Source: a virus. From it: DNA of 64,000 nt. Shown here one piece after another: positions 26,361 through 37,461 of this stretch. The number at the start of each line of letters is the position of its first letter. The stretch's first letter is position 1. Below the pieces are notes generated by a model. That model saw only the letters and a program-made list of their open reading frames with translations. It had not been told where the DNA came from and did no database searches. The stretch covers positions 5,454 to 69,453 of IMG/VR virus record IMGVR_UViG_3300034093_000288, one strand, 5' to 3'. A program made the position numbers and the translations under genes.

Positions 26361-27899
26361 TTAGTCTAATTCACCACCTTTTGAATACACGCTTCTTGTT
26401 TTATCTTTAGCTGTATATCCTGCTCCTTTGAGATATCTACCCTGATTTAGTTTGCTCCAATCATCTTTACCTTCGTTGTATAGTTTTGTTGGAACTACTT
26501 CAGATTCGTCTACTCCTTTTACATAAGCAGCAAGTTGGTCAGCAGAATAAATCCTCTTGGCTTTTCTTTTTCCATCTGAGCCAAGAACGTAATCTCCAAG
26601 CTCATCTAGTTCATAAACCAAGATGCTATTTTGCTTTCCGTTTTTACCTTCTTGGAACACATACTTAGCCTTCTTGGTGTTTAAGTTTTTAAGGTTACCT
26701 GTTCTTAACGCGTTGTTAGAGTTCTCATATATGGTGATACCCAATTGATTTTTAGGCTTTGGCTTATATCCATCGCCGCCGCCGCCGCCGCCGTAATTAG
26801 GCTCAGGCTCATTGTACGTGTCAAGTTCCTCCTTAGTGTCAAGTTTCATAATGACCTTATCGCGCATCTGCTCCTTGTATACCTGAAACTGTTTTTTACC
26901 CATCTCTGTAGATAGGTCAGGATAGCTACGTCCCATCTCATCAACCTTTAGTAATATCACATCACTTGATGTCTGAGCTTTAGGATCACGAGTAAATGTA
27001 TACGCCTTTCCCGTAAGCGGGTCTACCCTTACGTCATTTGTAAGGAATGATGATACGTTAAGTGGGTTTGATGCAGCAGCTTCAATCTGTTGATTTACTA
27101 CGCTCTCAAACAAATCAGCCACCTTAGCATCTGCATCGTTTAAGTCCTTTCTATATCTTGGGTCAGTAATACTTCTGATGATGCCTGCCGATGATGGTCC
27201 ACCTTTTTCTCTAATCTCAGTTATGTTCGTGCCTAACGCAGCAGCAATATCAGTAGTAGTCTTTTCTGAATCAAAGTAGTTGTACTCATTTTTGAGTCTA
27301 CTTCTTGCATCGTTGATAGTGATGAACTCATCACCCATGGTGACAACTTCCTTTCCATCTACCGTTTCTCTTTTAATCTTAGCAAGATTAATAAGACCTG
27401 ACGTAGGGTCAATGTAATACTGAGTATTATTAAGATTTCCAAACTCACCCATCTCAGCCTTTTCAAACTGCTCAAGCATCTGAGATTTTGTTGCAGGGTC
27501 AGCTGACTCAGCTCTTTCTTTCATTCTTTTGAACTCAGCGTGGTATTCTTTATTAAGTTCTAACGCACCATCAATACCTGTATTGGCATTGTTAATTCCT
27601 TCAGTAAGCTGCTGTGTGCTTAACTGCCCTGATTTCCAAAGTCTCTGAATTGTTTGTAGATACTGAGTTACGTTGTCAGACAACTCAGCTGCTCTTTTAT
27701 TTGCTAATGAACTGTCTCCCTTTTCATAGTTAGACATTTTCTTAGTGGCCTCCTGAATAGAGGTCTCCAAGGCAATCTGTTTTGTCTTTCTTATAGCGGC
27801 CTCATCAGTTAAGGCCTTGGATAAGTCTTTGCCAATGGTAGCCCAATCAATCTGATTCTCAGCCGTTCTCTCAGCGTATCCGTAGTAAGTATCTGCCAT
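26361..27899 (-). CDS. probable internal virion/ejection protein (512 aa)
   Basis: Helical, charged ORF between the pilot-like and giant proteins; assignment by synteny. Confidence 0.7.
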   Translation of the reverse strand: MADTYYGYAERTAENQIDWATIGKDLSKALTDEAAIRKTKQIALETSIQEATKKMSNYEKGDSSLANKRAAELSDNVTQYLQTIQRLWKSGQLSTQQLTEGINNANTGIDGALELNKEYHAEFKRMKERAESADPATKSQMLEQFEKAEMGEFGNLNNTQYYIDPTSGLINLAKIKRETVDGKEVVTMGDEFITINDARSRLKNEYNYFDSEKTTTDIAAALGTNITEIREKGGPSSAGIIRSITDPRYRKDLNDADAKVADLFESVVNQQIEAAASNPLNVSSFLTNDVRVDPLTGKAYTFTRDPKAQTSSDVILLKVDEMGRSYPDLSTEMGKKQFQVYKEQMRDKVIMKLDTKEELDTYNEPEPNYGGGGGGDGYKPKPKNQLGITIYENSNNALRTGNLKNLNTKKAKYVFQEGKNGKQNSILVYELDELGDYVLGSDGKRKAKRIYSADQLAAYVKGVDESEVVPTKLYNEGKDDWSKLNQGRYLKGAGYTAKDKTRSVYSKGGELD

Positions 27900-27904
27900 C
27901 GATA

Positions 27905-28810
27905 TTAATTAAATGGTGTTAAATCAATGCCCTTATTAGTTGACTGCATACCAAATGAGTTAAATCCTAGCTTTTTGATATCTCTTAAGTCAGCCTCATC
28001 TAATCCCTCCATCCAAGTTTGAAACATAAGCGGAGAGAGTACTTTCATCTCCTTACCCGTGCCCGGGTCTGTTGTTGTTTGGTAGATAGGTAAGCCTTGA
28101 ATATCCGCATCTGACATACCCATATTCTTTAGAACAGCGCTTTCAAACCCTAATGGTTTACCTTCTGCATCGAGTAGGTCACTTCTTAAACCACCTTGCT
28201 GCAATGCATTTGCATAAGACTCTTGTAGATTCCCTACTCTTCTTGCATTAACGTTTTTAATTACGTCAGGACCCATTTTAGATGCCTGACCTAGCATACC
28301 TGCTGCTGACTCAACAGCTCCTCCAAATGACTTCATCATTGCTGTCTCAGCATCAGCAGCTGCCTTAGCAGCGCCCTCAGCCTCCTGTAAGTTAAGTGAT
28401 GCCATGTACTGCATATTCTCCTGCTCCTGTGCAGCTGACTTAAGGTCTAATGCGTACTGCTCCTCACTCATAGCAGCTCTGTTCTGAGCCTCTTGATTCA
28501 TAACAGCCATCTGAATACCACCTGCTGCAGCGGCTGCTCCACGAGGAGAACCTTCTCTTGCAGCTTGAAGAGCTAATGCTCCCTGCTGAAGAGTTAAATC
28601 ACGTGCCAACTTGAATGGTTCTTTTGCAATTCCCATCTTGTCGTACACGTTTACTTGAAGAAAGTTCTTAGCTTCCTTTAATGCTTGCGATGCCTTGGCC
28701 TCAGCCTCAAGCATTCTGCTTCTATTTTTTAAGCCCTGCATGGTTCCCGCAACGACTGATACGCCCTGCGAAACTAACCCTGCTGCTGCTAATGCTGTTG
28801 AAAATAACAT
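27905..28810 (-). CDS. probable DNA pilot/ejection protein
   Basis: Ala/Gly/Gln-rich with hydrophobic N-terminus; TATCTTTG element at 28827-28834. Confidence 0.7.
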   Translation of the reverse strand: MLFSTALAAAGLVSQGVSVVAGTMQGLKNRSRMLEAEAKASQALKEAKNFLQVNVYDKMGIAKEPFKLARDLTLQQGALALQAAREGSPRGAAAAAGGIQMAVMNQEAQNRAAMSEEQYALDLKSAAQEQENMQYMASLNLQEAEGAAKAAADAETAMMKSFGGAVESAAGMLGQASKMGPDVIKNVNARRVGNLQESYANALQQGGLRSDLLDAEGKPLGFESAVLKNMGMSDADIQGLPIYQTTTDPGTGKEMKVLSPLMFQTWMEGLDEADLRDIKKLGFNSFGMQSTNKGIDLTPFN

Positions 28811-28841
28811 AGTATATGTTTAACTACAAAGATATTAAAAA

Positions 28842-29678
28842 TTAGGGAAAACTCTTCATTACCTCAGATTCTACTGCAAATAGCTCAACCTTCGATGTCC
28901 TATCGTTCTCTAAGGTAAATACGCAGTAGTGCCCAAGTACGCCGTGTGACTCAGCAACTGAGTTCTTGACGTACAAGAAGTAAGCGTTTTGAATAGGGGG
29001 AACTGAACCACCCGTAATAGTTGTATTCACAACAAAGTAGTTGTCGCCTGCAGGGTAGTTCTGAACAATGTCAGTTATCACACCACATAGCACAGGCGTG
29101 CCGTAACTTGGAGGAAGTGCGTAGTATAGGTAGTCGCCAATGCTTGCAATAGACCCAATCTGAATCAGTGGGTTTATAGAGAAATTAACCTCAGTTGCAG
29201 CGGCAACGCCCGTAACGGTTTGGCTTCTACCAACTCCGTTAAGTGAACGTAGAGCGTACTCATCAGTTCCCGCAGGAACATCTCCTGAGTTACGAATAAA
29301 CGCAAAGTAAACCTGCTCCTTCTTTTGAAACCAATCCTTTTCAATGTAACCACTATTCTGAATGTCCGTCTCAATTGGAAAAGCCTCCCAAGCGTCGTCA
29401 CCCTGAAGAGCTAATGTCTTGAATAGCTTATTCTCAAGAGGGGCATCATTAAACACACTTGTCACTCTAGATGGCGTAAACGATCCGTTAGGATTACCCA
29501 ACTGAAGCCACCAATCGTAGTAGAACGTATTTCTATTGGCATTCACATTGTGGCGGTAAAGATTACCGCCCTTGAATGTGTAGAAGTAGTTATTCATCCC
29601 AATCATCCAATCGGGTAGGTACGAGTAAAAGGATGGCCATCCCTTTGCGTCGTCGCTATATGTTAGTGTATATTCCAT
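28842..29678 (-). CDS. tail-associated structural protein
   Basis: TLTYS....GWPSFYSY.P pattern resembling the C-terminal part of stabilisation proteins; start moved to 29678. Confidence 0.7.
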   Translation of the reverse strand: MEYTLTYSDDAKGWPSFYSYLPDWMIGMNNYFYTFKGGNLYRHNVNANRNTFYYDWWLQLGNPNGSFTPSRVTSVFNDAPLENKLFKTLALQGDDAWEAFPIETDIQNSGYIEKDWFQKKEQVYFAFIRNSGDVPAGTDEYALRSLNGVGRSQTVTGVAAATEVNFSINPLIQIGSIASIGDYLYYALPPSYGTPVLCGVITDIVQNYPAGDNYFVVNTTITGGSVPPIQNAYFLYVKNSVAESHGVLGHYCVFTLENDRTSKVELFAVESEVMKSFP

Positions 29679-29679
29679 A

Positions 29680-30993
29680 TTATGAATTGCAGTTACAATC
29701 AAAAAGCTCAACTAGTACTCCTCCTGGATTTCCATTAACTGTAATACTTTCTGAGCGAGCGCATATATACTCAGTAGTATTTGCGACTATTGTAAAGGTA
29801 GTAAATACACCCTCACAATTTATGTAAGCACCTTGTTGAGGTGATGAAGTCATGTTGTTTACCAAGTAGAACACGCAAATATCTGAGCAAGATTCTGATG
29901 CAGATATTGCATCAACTGTTAGAACAGGTGTATCATTGGTTTGGCCTACAACAGTAAACGTACATCCCGTATAAGATAGATCAGAAACAGTAACTAAATC
30001 GCCTATGGCCAATGCTATAGATGATTCTGCAACAAAGTCATCTTGTGCACCACATCTTCTAATGATATAGTTTTGCCAATTACAGTTGCCCATCTGAACA
30101 ATGACTCCGTTTGACACTAAAAACCATTCATACCCTGATGGTAAAGATGATGGTGAATAGTAGTATCCGTCACCTACAATTGCCTCTCCGTTAGCGTCTA
30201 AGAAAATCCAATCGAATAATCCAAGTGTAGTCCCATTTCCATTAACAGGTGCGTTATAGTAGATAAGGTTATCCTCGTAATTACAAACAAGTTCATTTGT
30301 AGGAGCAACCTGACTTGTGTATATTGGGAATAGCGTTGTAGGGCAAATCACCTGTAACCCAAAATTAGCACCGCATGGCCCTTCAACAGTTATATCCAAT
30401 GACGATGGATTAAGTGATACCTTTGGTATAACCATTACGCAATTACCAGGTGGGTTAACTGTTAAGTTTAATTGAGATGGAATAGCGCTAACACCTGATG
30501 TAGTTCCGTTATACACGTATTCATTTGATACATTATTCCAAACATAATTACTAACAATAACACCTGTGGTTGTGATTCCACAGTCATTGTTTTGGTCACC
30601 CATGTACACAGGAAGACCAGCTGGCGCTGTCATGTGACCATAAATAGGTGAGCTAAAGGTATTATATGTAATACCATCATACACAGCCTTAAATCCATTA
30701 GGGTAGAAGGCTGCGTTGAACTTTATAATTACAGCACCCGTATCTCCCGGGTCATTTCCCAAATCAATTGTTGATAGGTAAACTCCCGGTGTGTTTTTAC
30801 TCTCACTTAAATTAGTTCCGCAATCTTCACCACACGATGGACAGAATTTTGCAGGACCAAGAACGCATCCCGTTTGAATGCGCGTAATGTTACCATCTGA
30901 GTAAACGCCATTAGCAGCACATATAGTTAGTGCTGCGTTAGTGTATACCCCTGTGGCTAATGCTAATGATGGTGCATCTAAGTAGTATGGCAT
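29680..30993 (-). CDS. Cys-rich structural (tail/fibre) protein
   Basis: Beta-rich, Thr/Gly/Cys-rich ORF in the tail block. Confidence 0.7.
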   Translation of the reverse strand: MPYYLDAPSLALATGVYTNAALTICAANGVYSDGNITRIQTGCVLGPAKFCPSCGEDCGTNLSESKNTPGVYLSTIDLGNDPGDTGAVIIKFNAAFYPNGFKAVYDGITYNTFSSPIYGHMTAPAGLPVYMGDQNNDCGITTTGVIVSNYVWNNVSNEYVYNGTTSGVSAIPSQLNLTVNPPGNCVMVIPKVSLNPSSLDITVEGPCGANFGLQVICPTTLFPIYTSQVAPTNELVCNYEDNLIYYNAPVNGNGTTLGLFDWIFLDANGEAIVGDGYYYSPSSLPSGYEWFLVSNGVIVQMGNCNWQNYIIRRCGAQDDFVAESSIALAIGDLVTVSDLSYTGCTFTVVGQTNDTPVLTVDAISASESCSDICVFYLVNNMTSSPQQGAYINCEGVFTTFTIVANTTEYICARSESITVNGNPGGVLVELFDCNCNS

Positions 30994-31004
30994 ATTAATT
31001 AATT

Positions 31005-34000
31005 TTAGTCTCTACATCCGCATTCCTGCGATACTGTTATGATTACTCCTCCTGATATTACTAATGGGGCTACTGATGAAAGTCCACATATTAATCTAGT
31101 CGTCCCCTGAGCTATTACTACTGTTTGAACTACTCCATTACAATCAGTGTATCTAACTGATGATGAACCAACTCCGACATTTTGTAATGACCACTCACGA
31201 CATGGGTCTGTACATGGGTCGCATTCGCAGCATACATAGTCAACATCAAGTGGGTCAGCTGACCAACATAAGTTAGTTTCCTGAGTATCTCTTAAGTCCC
31301 AAACAAGATACAAGTAGTTTCCTAATGTTCCTGCAGGTACATCTGAATAGTAGTAAGTACCACTTCCTAACGTAGTTCCAACAGATGCAGCTGTTATCAA
31401 AGCATTGATTCCAACTGTATTATTATTGTACACGGTGTTAGTGCGTAGGTATCTAAATTTATTTTGAGCAACGTTAAAATCAAAGTTAGCTAGTGCAAAC
31501 TTATTTGATGCCATTCTAACAGTGCTACCGTTAGTTGGTATATTTGCAGCTCCTTGTAATCCTGATACACTGCTAAATCTTGATGCAATTGGATTTGTAC
31601 CTGAAGCAAACGAAACTAATGAGCTCTGTAGTGAACCCGTGTACATACCTGCTGTGTATCTCCACTGAGAGTAAATAGTCTGGCCAGCATCAGCATTTGA
31701 TGTAAGCACAACCTCAACGATAGTAAGTCTATTGGCGATAGGACAATTTACTGTAATCTCAATTACCACAGCTCCCGTAGTCTCAACAACTACATCTATT
31801 ACATCAAATAAGTTGCTGTCTTTGTCAACATTTAAGGTTCCACTAAATGTAGTTAATCCTGTAGTATACGGAGTTCCGTTGTAGTTAGCTATAATTTCAA
31901 ACTCTACACCCGGCTCAATTGAAGTAACGTTGTACTCAATCTCTACATCACCTAACAAGTCTCCTACGTTTACGCAGTACTCAAATCCTGTCTTGCTCTC
32001 TGTAAACACAAACTCTTGAGTGATGCCACAAGACAAGCACTCTGTTACAGTTGGTATTGAGATATCGTTTGAGCTTAGCACGTATTCTTTTGAGTAAGGG
32101 TCGTAAGCACCAAGTTTTTGAGTGGTAAAGTTATTATTGAATAGGTCACGAAACCAAGTCCCCATACCCGTGTCAGAGATAACCTGTAGCTGACTCATTC
32201 CTGTCTCGCTATCCTTTAAGTTAAGCACAGCACCACGCTTTACATCTGTAAAGTATCTATCCTCACCCCACTGAATGTAGCTCTCAGGGTTAAATGAAAT
32301 ACCGTACTTCTCTACACGCGCTATCTGTGTTCCCAATACCTCAGGGACTGATGTAAGTGCGCCACCTGCACCTGCATCTGATAATAAGTTCTTTTCGGTT
32401 AGCACGTATGAAATCTTATCCTCTTGTAGAACAAGTATATCAGTCTGACGTGGGTCCATAATAAAGATAGGACCAAATGAGCGCTCTAACGGCTTATAGT
32501 TGAATAGGCCTAGGTTGAACTCATTGAGTTTATTTACGTTGCTCTCGTTGTTGTACACACCGCTGTACGTGATGTCAGCGTAACGTCTAATAGACTTATA
32601 GTCTTCAGCAAGCATAGTTGTCACACGGTTACCCAATGTGATGTATGATCCTGTAATTGAGTCACGAATCTTATAGCTCTCAACACCATTGCCAAATGCG
32701 TAGCAATTGAAGAATCCTGTATTGACCACCGCAGGTGAACCTAACGTAAAGTTTTGGTTCATGATATTACCTTGATGCTCTCCCAATGTATTGATATCAA
32801 AAGATAGGTTGTTCTCAAAGAAAACATCAGGTAGTGAATTTGCAGGTTCTGTTTCAAAAACAAATAGTGAGTCTGCGCGGTATACTTCTATATTTGCCTC
32901 TACCCAAGATGGCTTATTACCACATTCATTTGTTCCGGCAACTAATAGAGATAATTTATTATTTGATAAGTTTCTGTAAAATCTATAATAATTTTCACAA
33001 GTAGATGGATAAACAAGGCAGTCTGTATTTGTAATACTAGATAAAAACACATTCTGAATAGGACAGTTTGTGCTTGGATTATTATCAGGACCTACCCAAG
33101 AATCTCCATCATTTAATATATTAGCTACATCATCTCCAATCCACCAATCATACATATTATTATAATTGCTTTGGGATACTAATGTTTTTTCTAATTTATA
33201 AAGTCTTGCCTCGCAGTTTGTAGCAGTTTGACCTTGTACTCCTCTAAAAAAATTAAAATATAACTTTATGACTGTGCCCTGAGGAACATCGTAATCTATA
33301 TATAAACCTGGGTTTGAAGGGTCTTCAATATTCATCCCATAAGATATCACAGGATATCCTAATAAACATCCCGGCAATTGAGTTGATGCAGATTTTAACC
33401 CCTCAGTTATAAAATTATTTTCAGAAAAAACAGCGCTAAAGTCATTAGGCTTAATCTTCATGTAAACACCTCCAGGTACAGGAATATCTGCAGATGGAGT
33501 AGATGGACTTGGAATTATTAAAAAGTTATCAGGCTCAGATTGCTTATCCAATACAGTTGCGTATACACAATTATTTACAGGACCTGATGAATCACTTTTT
33601 ACAATAAGTCTGTCACCAACCTCTACCTTTCTTGAGTTCTCACCCTCTAGCAAGAAGTATGCATTTTTAGTCTCAGGGTCAACAAAGAAAATATTGCTAT
33701 AAATGGTCTCATAGTTTTCTCTGTTCGGTTTTATTACGAACTTATACTTTGTAGCCCAATACGGTGCAACCTGTGATGAAGGTATAGTTACAATGATGCT
33801 ATTCTTAGTGTCAGAGTTTGAACATGGTATATGCTCTGTATTATTTTGACTAACCAATGCAGTTGTAGAACGACCAAACTCATCCATGTAAACAATGCCA
33901 ATCTCGTAATCACGGTTGCTATGTAAGCTTTGATTTTGAGAGATTTTCTGAAATGAGCAATCAGCAGATACAACCTTCATGTACTCATATGCTGAGTACG

Positions 34001-35666
34001 TAGGAGATATGGTGCTGTCAACGTAAACCACTGCTGGGAACTGAAATGATATTACATTTCCGACAGATGTAGCAGATACCAATAAGTTGGCAGTATTAAT
34101 ACCACTCGTGTACTTTGTGTATGTATCTAAGTTCTGATTCATTGCGCAGTTATACGCATCTGACAACGTAGTACCTAAACAAGCGTTAGGCAGTGTCTGA
34201 ATGTTAGAAGCATTACCTACAGCCTCAATAAATGACGGGTCTGATACCATATCAAATACAGAAACAAATGTGCTAGGTAGATAGTATGTAAAAGATATGT
34301 CTACATTGCTATTTGTTTGAACAGGATAAGGTGTGCTTCCTGTAAATGCTGAGTGCGTTAAGTTAAAGTCTATGTTTATAACAGAGCCCTCTGTTAGGGC
34401 AACGCCTGCTAGGTCAACATTAAGTACCGCATCAGTTATTGAAACAGCTCCATTTATGCTGTAGCTACCTGATGACTTTGTATTATCTAGGTCTGAAACA
34501 CCAATATCTTCACTTAATAAGTTAGTATAGTATTCAAATTTTACAGGCTGTCCGAACTTATCAAGTAAGTTGTAACCCTCCAAATAGTTACCGTACATTA
34601 GACGGTTTCCCATAATTGTCTGAGCCTTTGCCAATAGTGGCACGTTGTCGTACAATCTTAGTATCTCGTAGTCAGGAAGAACAGTAAATATCTTGCTGTT
34701 TGTAAAGTTATAGGTGTAGTCTGTGTTGTCTGAAAGACCAAGTTGGTTCTTATCCAATTTCTCAATAACCTTAATGATGTTATTGTCCATATCCTTAAAT
34801 ATAAGGTCAATGCCAACAACCAACGGCCCACCTGCATTATAGGTAACATCAACAGAGTTAAACTCGTTAATCATACCATTATTAAGATAGCTGTCGTTAC
34901 TAAAGCTGAAGTCCTGCGGAATAAACGCAGGCTCACTAAATTGAGATATAGCAGAATACTGATTGTTTGCGTACCTGTATCGATATGCAAAACAAATAAA
35001 GTTTTCAGTTAAAAAGTTTTCTTCTCCCGGAACATTTGTAAGCTGAATCTCAGGAGAGCTCATAGGCGGCTTCTTAATGACCTGAAGACGTTCCTTTAAA
35101 ATTTCAGGGAAAGATGCCGCTAAAGATGGTATATAATAGTCAATGTTACCTGATGATGGATTAGGTAAGTTCTCTTTGACATTAATCATTCTTGGAGGAT
35201 TATAATCATCCGTCCAACTTAACAAGTCATCAATTTTGTTTACTCCTGTAATTACGTACTCAGGATTAAAGTTTAGGGTAGTGTTTACACCACCTCCGTC
35301 GTCAATACTGATAACGTGATACGTTAGTATGCCTGTTAGTATATTAAATGAAACGATGAGGTCAAGCTTACCTGTAGCTCCTACAGTAAAACTTGGATCA
35401 TGCACAAACCAATAAAGAGTCTCAACTGATCCATCCTCAAATGCGCCAATAGTTCTCGCATCGGTACTAAGTGGAGTTCCGTCTATATAGATTAATGAGG
35501 TAAACTTTAAGTTACCCTTAGTGTTCTCAATAGCACCGATACTCTTCTCCTCAGTAGAACCCATGCGCACATTAAGTGCGTCAATATACTGACCATCGGG
35601 AACAAGTCGCTCATCGACGACCTTGTTCATTTTACCTGCATTAAAGTTTCTTGTAAGATTCGCCAT
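31005..35666 (-). CDS. tail stabilisation/nozzle protein (1553 aa)
   Basis: F..GKMNK..DERL.P.G.Y.DALN, WTD..NPPR.IN, FAYRYRY, GNRLMYGNY. Confidence 0.78.
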   Translation of the reverse strand: MANLTRNFNAGKMNKVVDERLVPDGQYIDALNVRMGSTEEKSIGAIENTKGNLKFTSLIYIDGTPLSTDARTIGAFEDGSVETLYWFVHDPSFTVGATGKLDLIVSFNILTGILTYHVISIDDGGGVNTTLNFNPEYVITGVNKIDDLLSWTDDYNPPRMINVKENLPNPSSGNIDYYIPSLAASFPEILKERLQVIKKPPMSSPEIQLTNVPGEENFLTENFICFAYRYRYANNQYSAISQFSEPAFIPQDFSFSNDSYLNNGMINEFNSVDVTYNAGGPLVVGIDLIFKDMDNNIIKVIEKLDKNQLGLSDNTDYTYNFTNSKIFTVLPDYEILRLYDNVPLLAKAQTIMGNRLMYGNYLEGYNLLDKFGQPVKFEYYTNLLSEDIGVSDLDNTKSSGSYSINGAVSITDAVLNVDLAGVALTEGSVINIDFNLTHSAFTGSTPYPVQTNSNVDISFTYYLPSTFVSVFDMVSDPSFIEAVGNASNIQTLPNACLGTTLSDAYNCAMNQNLDTYTKYTSGINTANLLVSATSVGNVISFQFPAVVYVDSTISPTYSAYEYMKVVSADCSFQKISQNQSLHSNRDYEIGIVYMDEFGRSTTALVSQNNTEHIPCSNSDTKNSIIVTIPSSQVAPYWATKYKFVIKPNRENYETIYSNIFFVDPETKNAYFLLEGENSRKVEVGDRLIVKSDSSGPVNNCVYATVLDKQSEPDNFLIIPSPSTPSADIPVPGGVYMKIKPNDFSAVFSENNFITEGLKSASTQLPGCLLGYPVISYGMNIEDPSNPGLYIDYDVPQGTVIKLYFNFFRGVQGQTATNCEARLYKLEKTLVSQSNYNNMYDWWIGDDVANILNDGDSWVGPDNNPSTNCPIQNVFLSSITNTDCLVYPSTCENYYRFYRNLSNNKLSLLVAGTNECGNKPSWVEANIEVYRADSLFVFETEPANSLPDVFFENNLSFDINTLGEHQGNIMNQNFTLGSPAVVNTGFFNCYAFGNGVESYKIRDSITGSYITLGNRVTTMLAEDYKSIRRYADITYSGVYNNESNVNKLNEFNLGLFNYKPLERSFGPIFIMDPRQTDILVLQEDKISYVLTEKNLLSDAGAGGALTSVPEVLGTQIARVEKYGISFNPESYIQWGEDRYFTDVKRGAVLNLKDSETGMSQLQVISDTGMGTWFRDLFNNNFTTQKLGAYDPYSKEYVLSSNDISIPTVTECLSCGITQEFVFTESKTGFEYCVNVGDLLGDVEIEYNVTSIEPGVEFEIIANYNGTPYTTGLTTFSGTLNVDKDSNLFDVIDVVVETTGAVVIEITVNCPIANRLTIVEVVLTSNADAGQTIYSQWRYTAGMYTGSLQSSLVSFASGTNPIASRFSSVSGLQGAANIPTNGSTVRMASNKFALANFDFNVAQNKFRYLRTNTVYNNNTVGINALITAASVGTTLGSGTYYYSDVPAGTLGNYLYLVWDLRDTQETNLCWSADPLDVDYVCCECDPCTDPCREWSLQNVGVGSSSVRYTDCNGVVQTVVIAQGTTRLICGLSSVAPLVISGGVIITVSQECGCRD

Positions 35667-35667
35667 A

Positions 35668-36591
35668 TTATTTTAAAATCTTATCCATTCCACGAAGGTT
35701 CATAAGAAGTCTCCCCGGGTGTATGTTACTTATTCTAATTTTAGCATTACGCAACAATGAAGTCTTTTCTTTTCGCGCTCTCATGATGATGTACTCCTGT
35801 ACACCAAGCTTAGCGTTAAGTATTTCATACATGATGTACGCGTACACGTACTTCTCGAATAACTTATTTACGGTTACTATGCTATCGTCACCGTTCTCCA
35901 TTCCATCAGACACATACTCAAGGATACATAACTCACCTGCCATTTCAGAGGAGAAGTTAATTACACCTGATTTTTTGTCGATGTTGAATGTAGGGTTAAA
36001 GTTTGCGGTCTCTGTATTTAAACCAAAGCGAGTACCTACTCCGTAATCAAAGTACCAATTGCCCTCGAACTCCCATCCTTCTTGCCCACTAAATTGGCTG
36101 CCCGGATTTAGGTAAATACTCTTTTTCTTTCCTGTAATTCTATCAAAGTCAATTTCAGAGTACTCAGGCTCAAGAACATTACCGTCTTGGTCAAATAAAA
36201 TCTTACAGTTGTTGTCCTGTAGATATGCCTTTGATGATAGAGTCTGAATGTTCTCGCTTAGTGGTCGTAACCATCCATCTTTATAAAGTGAGATACGTAC
36301 CCAATTGACGTAGTCAGATGGTAGTACAAAGCGAAGTTGCTCACATACGTTAAGCTCAAGCACCTTAATCTCTTTGAACGCATCGTAATTCAATTCCTGA
36401 ATCGCGCGCTTTGCATGGAACATAATCTTGTAACGCTCCTCATTGTTAACCAATGAGTGATTACCGGTGTACATCAAGATAAAGTTGTTTACGATATCCT
36501 TTAGACTTACAAATTGATACGAGCCCCAATTGGCGTCCTCGGGTTGGTTACCACCATTCTCGTAGTACTGATACTGTGAAATATATGCCAT
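35668..36591 (-). CDS. tail ring/adaptor structural protein
   Basis: LPSDYVNWVRIS, LEYVSDG; synteny. Confidence 0.7.
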   Translation of the reverse strand: MAYISQYQYYENGGNQPEDANWGSYQFVSLKDIVNNFILMYTGNHSLVNNEERYKIMFHAKRAIQELNYDAFKEIKVLELNVCEQLRFVLPSDYVNWVRISLYKDGWLRPLSENIQTLSSKAYLQDNNCKILFDQDGNVLEPEYSEIDFDRITGKKKSIYLNPGSQFSGQEGWEFEGNWYFDYGVGTRFGLNTETANFNPTFNIDKKSGVINFSSEMAGELCILEYVSDGMENGDDSIVTVNKLFEKYVYAYIMYEILNAKLGVQEYIIMRARKEKTSLLRNAKIRISNIHPGRLLMNLRGMDKILK

Positions 36592-36597
36592 GGTCTA

Positions 36598-37344
36598 TTA
36601 TTGTTGTGTACTAAATGAAGGATTCTCTGCCTGCTCTTGCTGAATTGCATACTGCGCAACTTGAATCTCTCTGATTGACATACCACAGTACTGAAGAATC
36701 TTCATTACTACTTTATACTCATCTTCTCCTGGAAGCTCAAAATCTTGGTAGTCGGGCTGTGATTGGTCAAATGCAGGCTCACCGTTAGGTAAGCTGATGT
36801 ATGTCCACTTAGGGTCTAAAGGCAATCTAAAGTAGGAGCACTTTAACGATGATACACCATTGATTGTATCAGGGTAAACAGATATTACGTCACCCTCAAT
36901 AATATACGCAGGATACTGAGTTGTTGGTGCGGTTAGCATTGAATCCAATAGCATATAGATTCTTGCATTAGCAACCTTCTCAGCATCACCTAGTCTTGTA
37001 GTTCCATTAAAACAGGTCAGTCTACTAATCATGTAGAAGTTATAACCTGTTGTGACTAAAGATGGTACGTAGTATTGATTTGTTGCAGGTGTAACCTGTA
37101 CTAATGTATCATTACGTAAAAAGCCCTCTAAGACTTCTGCGATGGGATTCTCGATGTCAGCGTACTCAGTACCTGATATACGTGCATTCTCCGCATTGAT
37201 TGCTTTATTATAGCTACTGTAGTACTCTTCATAAATCTCCATCTGAGCTTGTTTTGCAAACAAGTTGAAGTCAGAAGGTGAGATATAGCCGTAATTATTT
37301 TTATTTAAAACGGAGAGTACAGTATTTCTTACTGAGTTAATCAT
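36598..37344 (-). CDS. tail ring/connector structural protein
   Basis: NK.N.GYI.P..FN.FA..AQ.EI, Y.R.P.DP.W.Y; TATCTTTG at 37359-37366. Confidence 0.7.
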   Translation of the reverse strand: MINSVRNTVLSVLNKNNYGYISPSDFNLFAKQAQMEIYEEYYSSYNKAINAENARISGTEYADIENPIAEVLEGFLRNDTLVQVTPATNQYYVPSLVTTGYNFYMISRLTCFNGTTRLGDAEKVANARIYMLLDSMLTAPTTQYPAYIIEGDVISVYPDTINGVSSLKCSYFRLPLDPKWTYISLPNGEPAFDQSQPDYQDFELPGEDEYKVVMKILQYCGMSIREIQVAQYAIQQEQAENPSFSTQQ

Positions 37345-37370
37345 TCTAATCCTTTTTACAAAGATACATA

Positions 37371-37404
37371 AAAAACAAAAGGCGCCCGATTAAGACGCCT
37401 TTGC
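37371..37404 (-). terminator. rho-independent terminator
   Basis: AAAGGCG...CGCCTTT then TGTTTTT on -. Confidence 0.7.
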
Positions 37405-37461
37405 TTAGGTAAGAATCCTTTGTAGTGAAACACTAAAGTAGATTGCAAATATATGAAGTAA

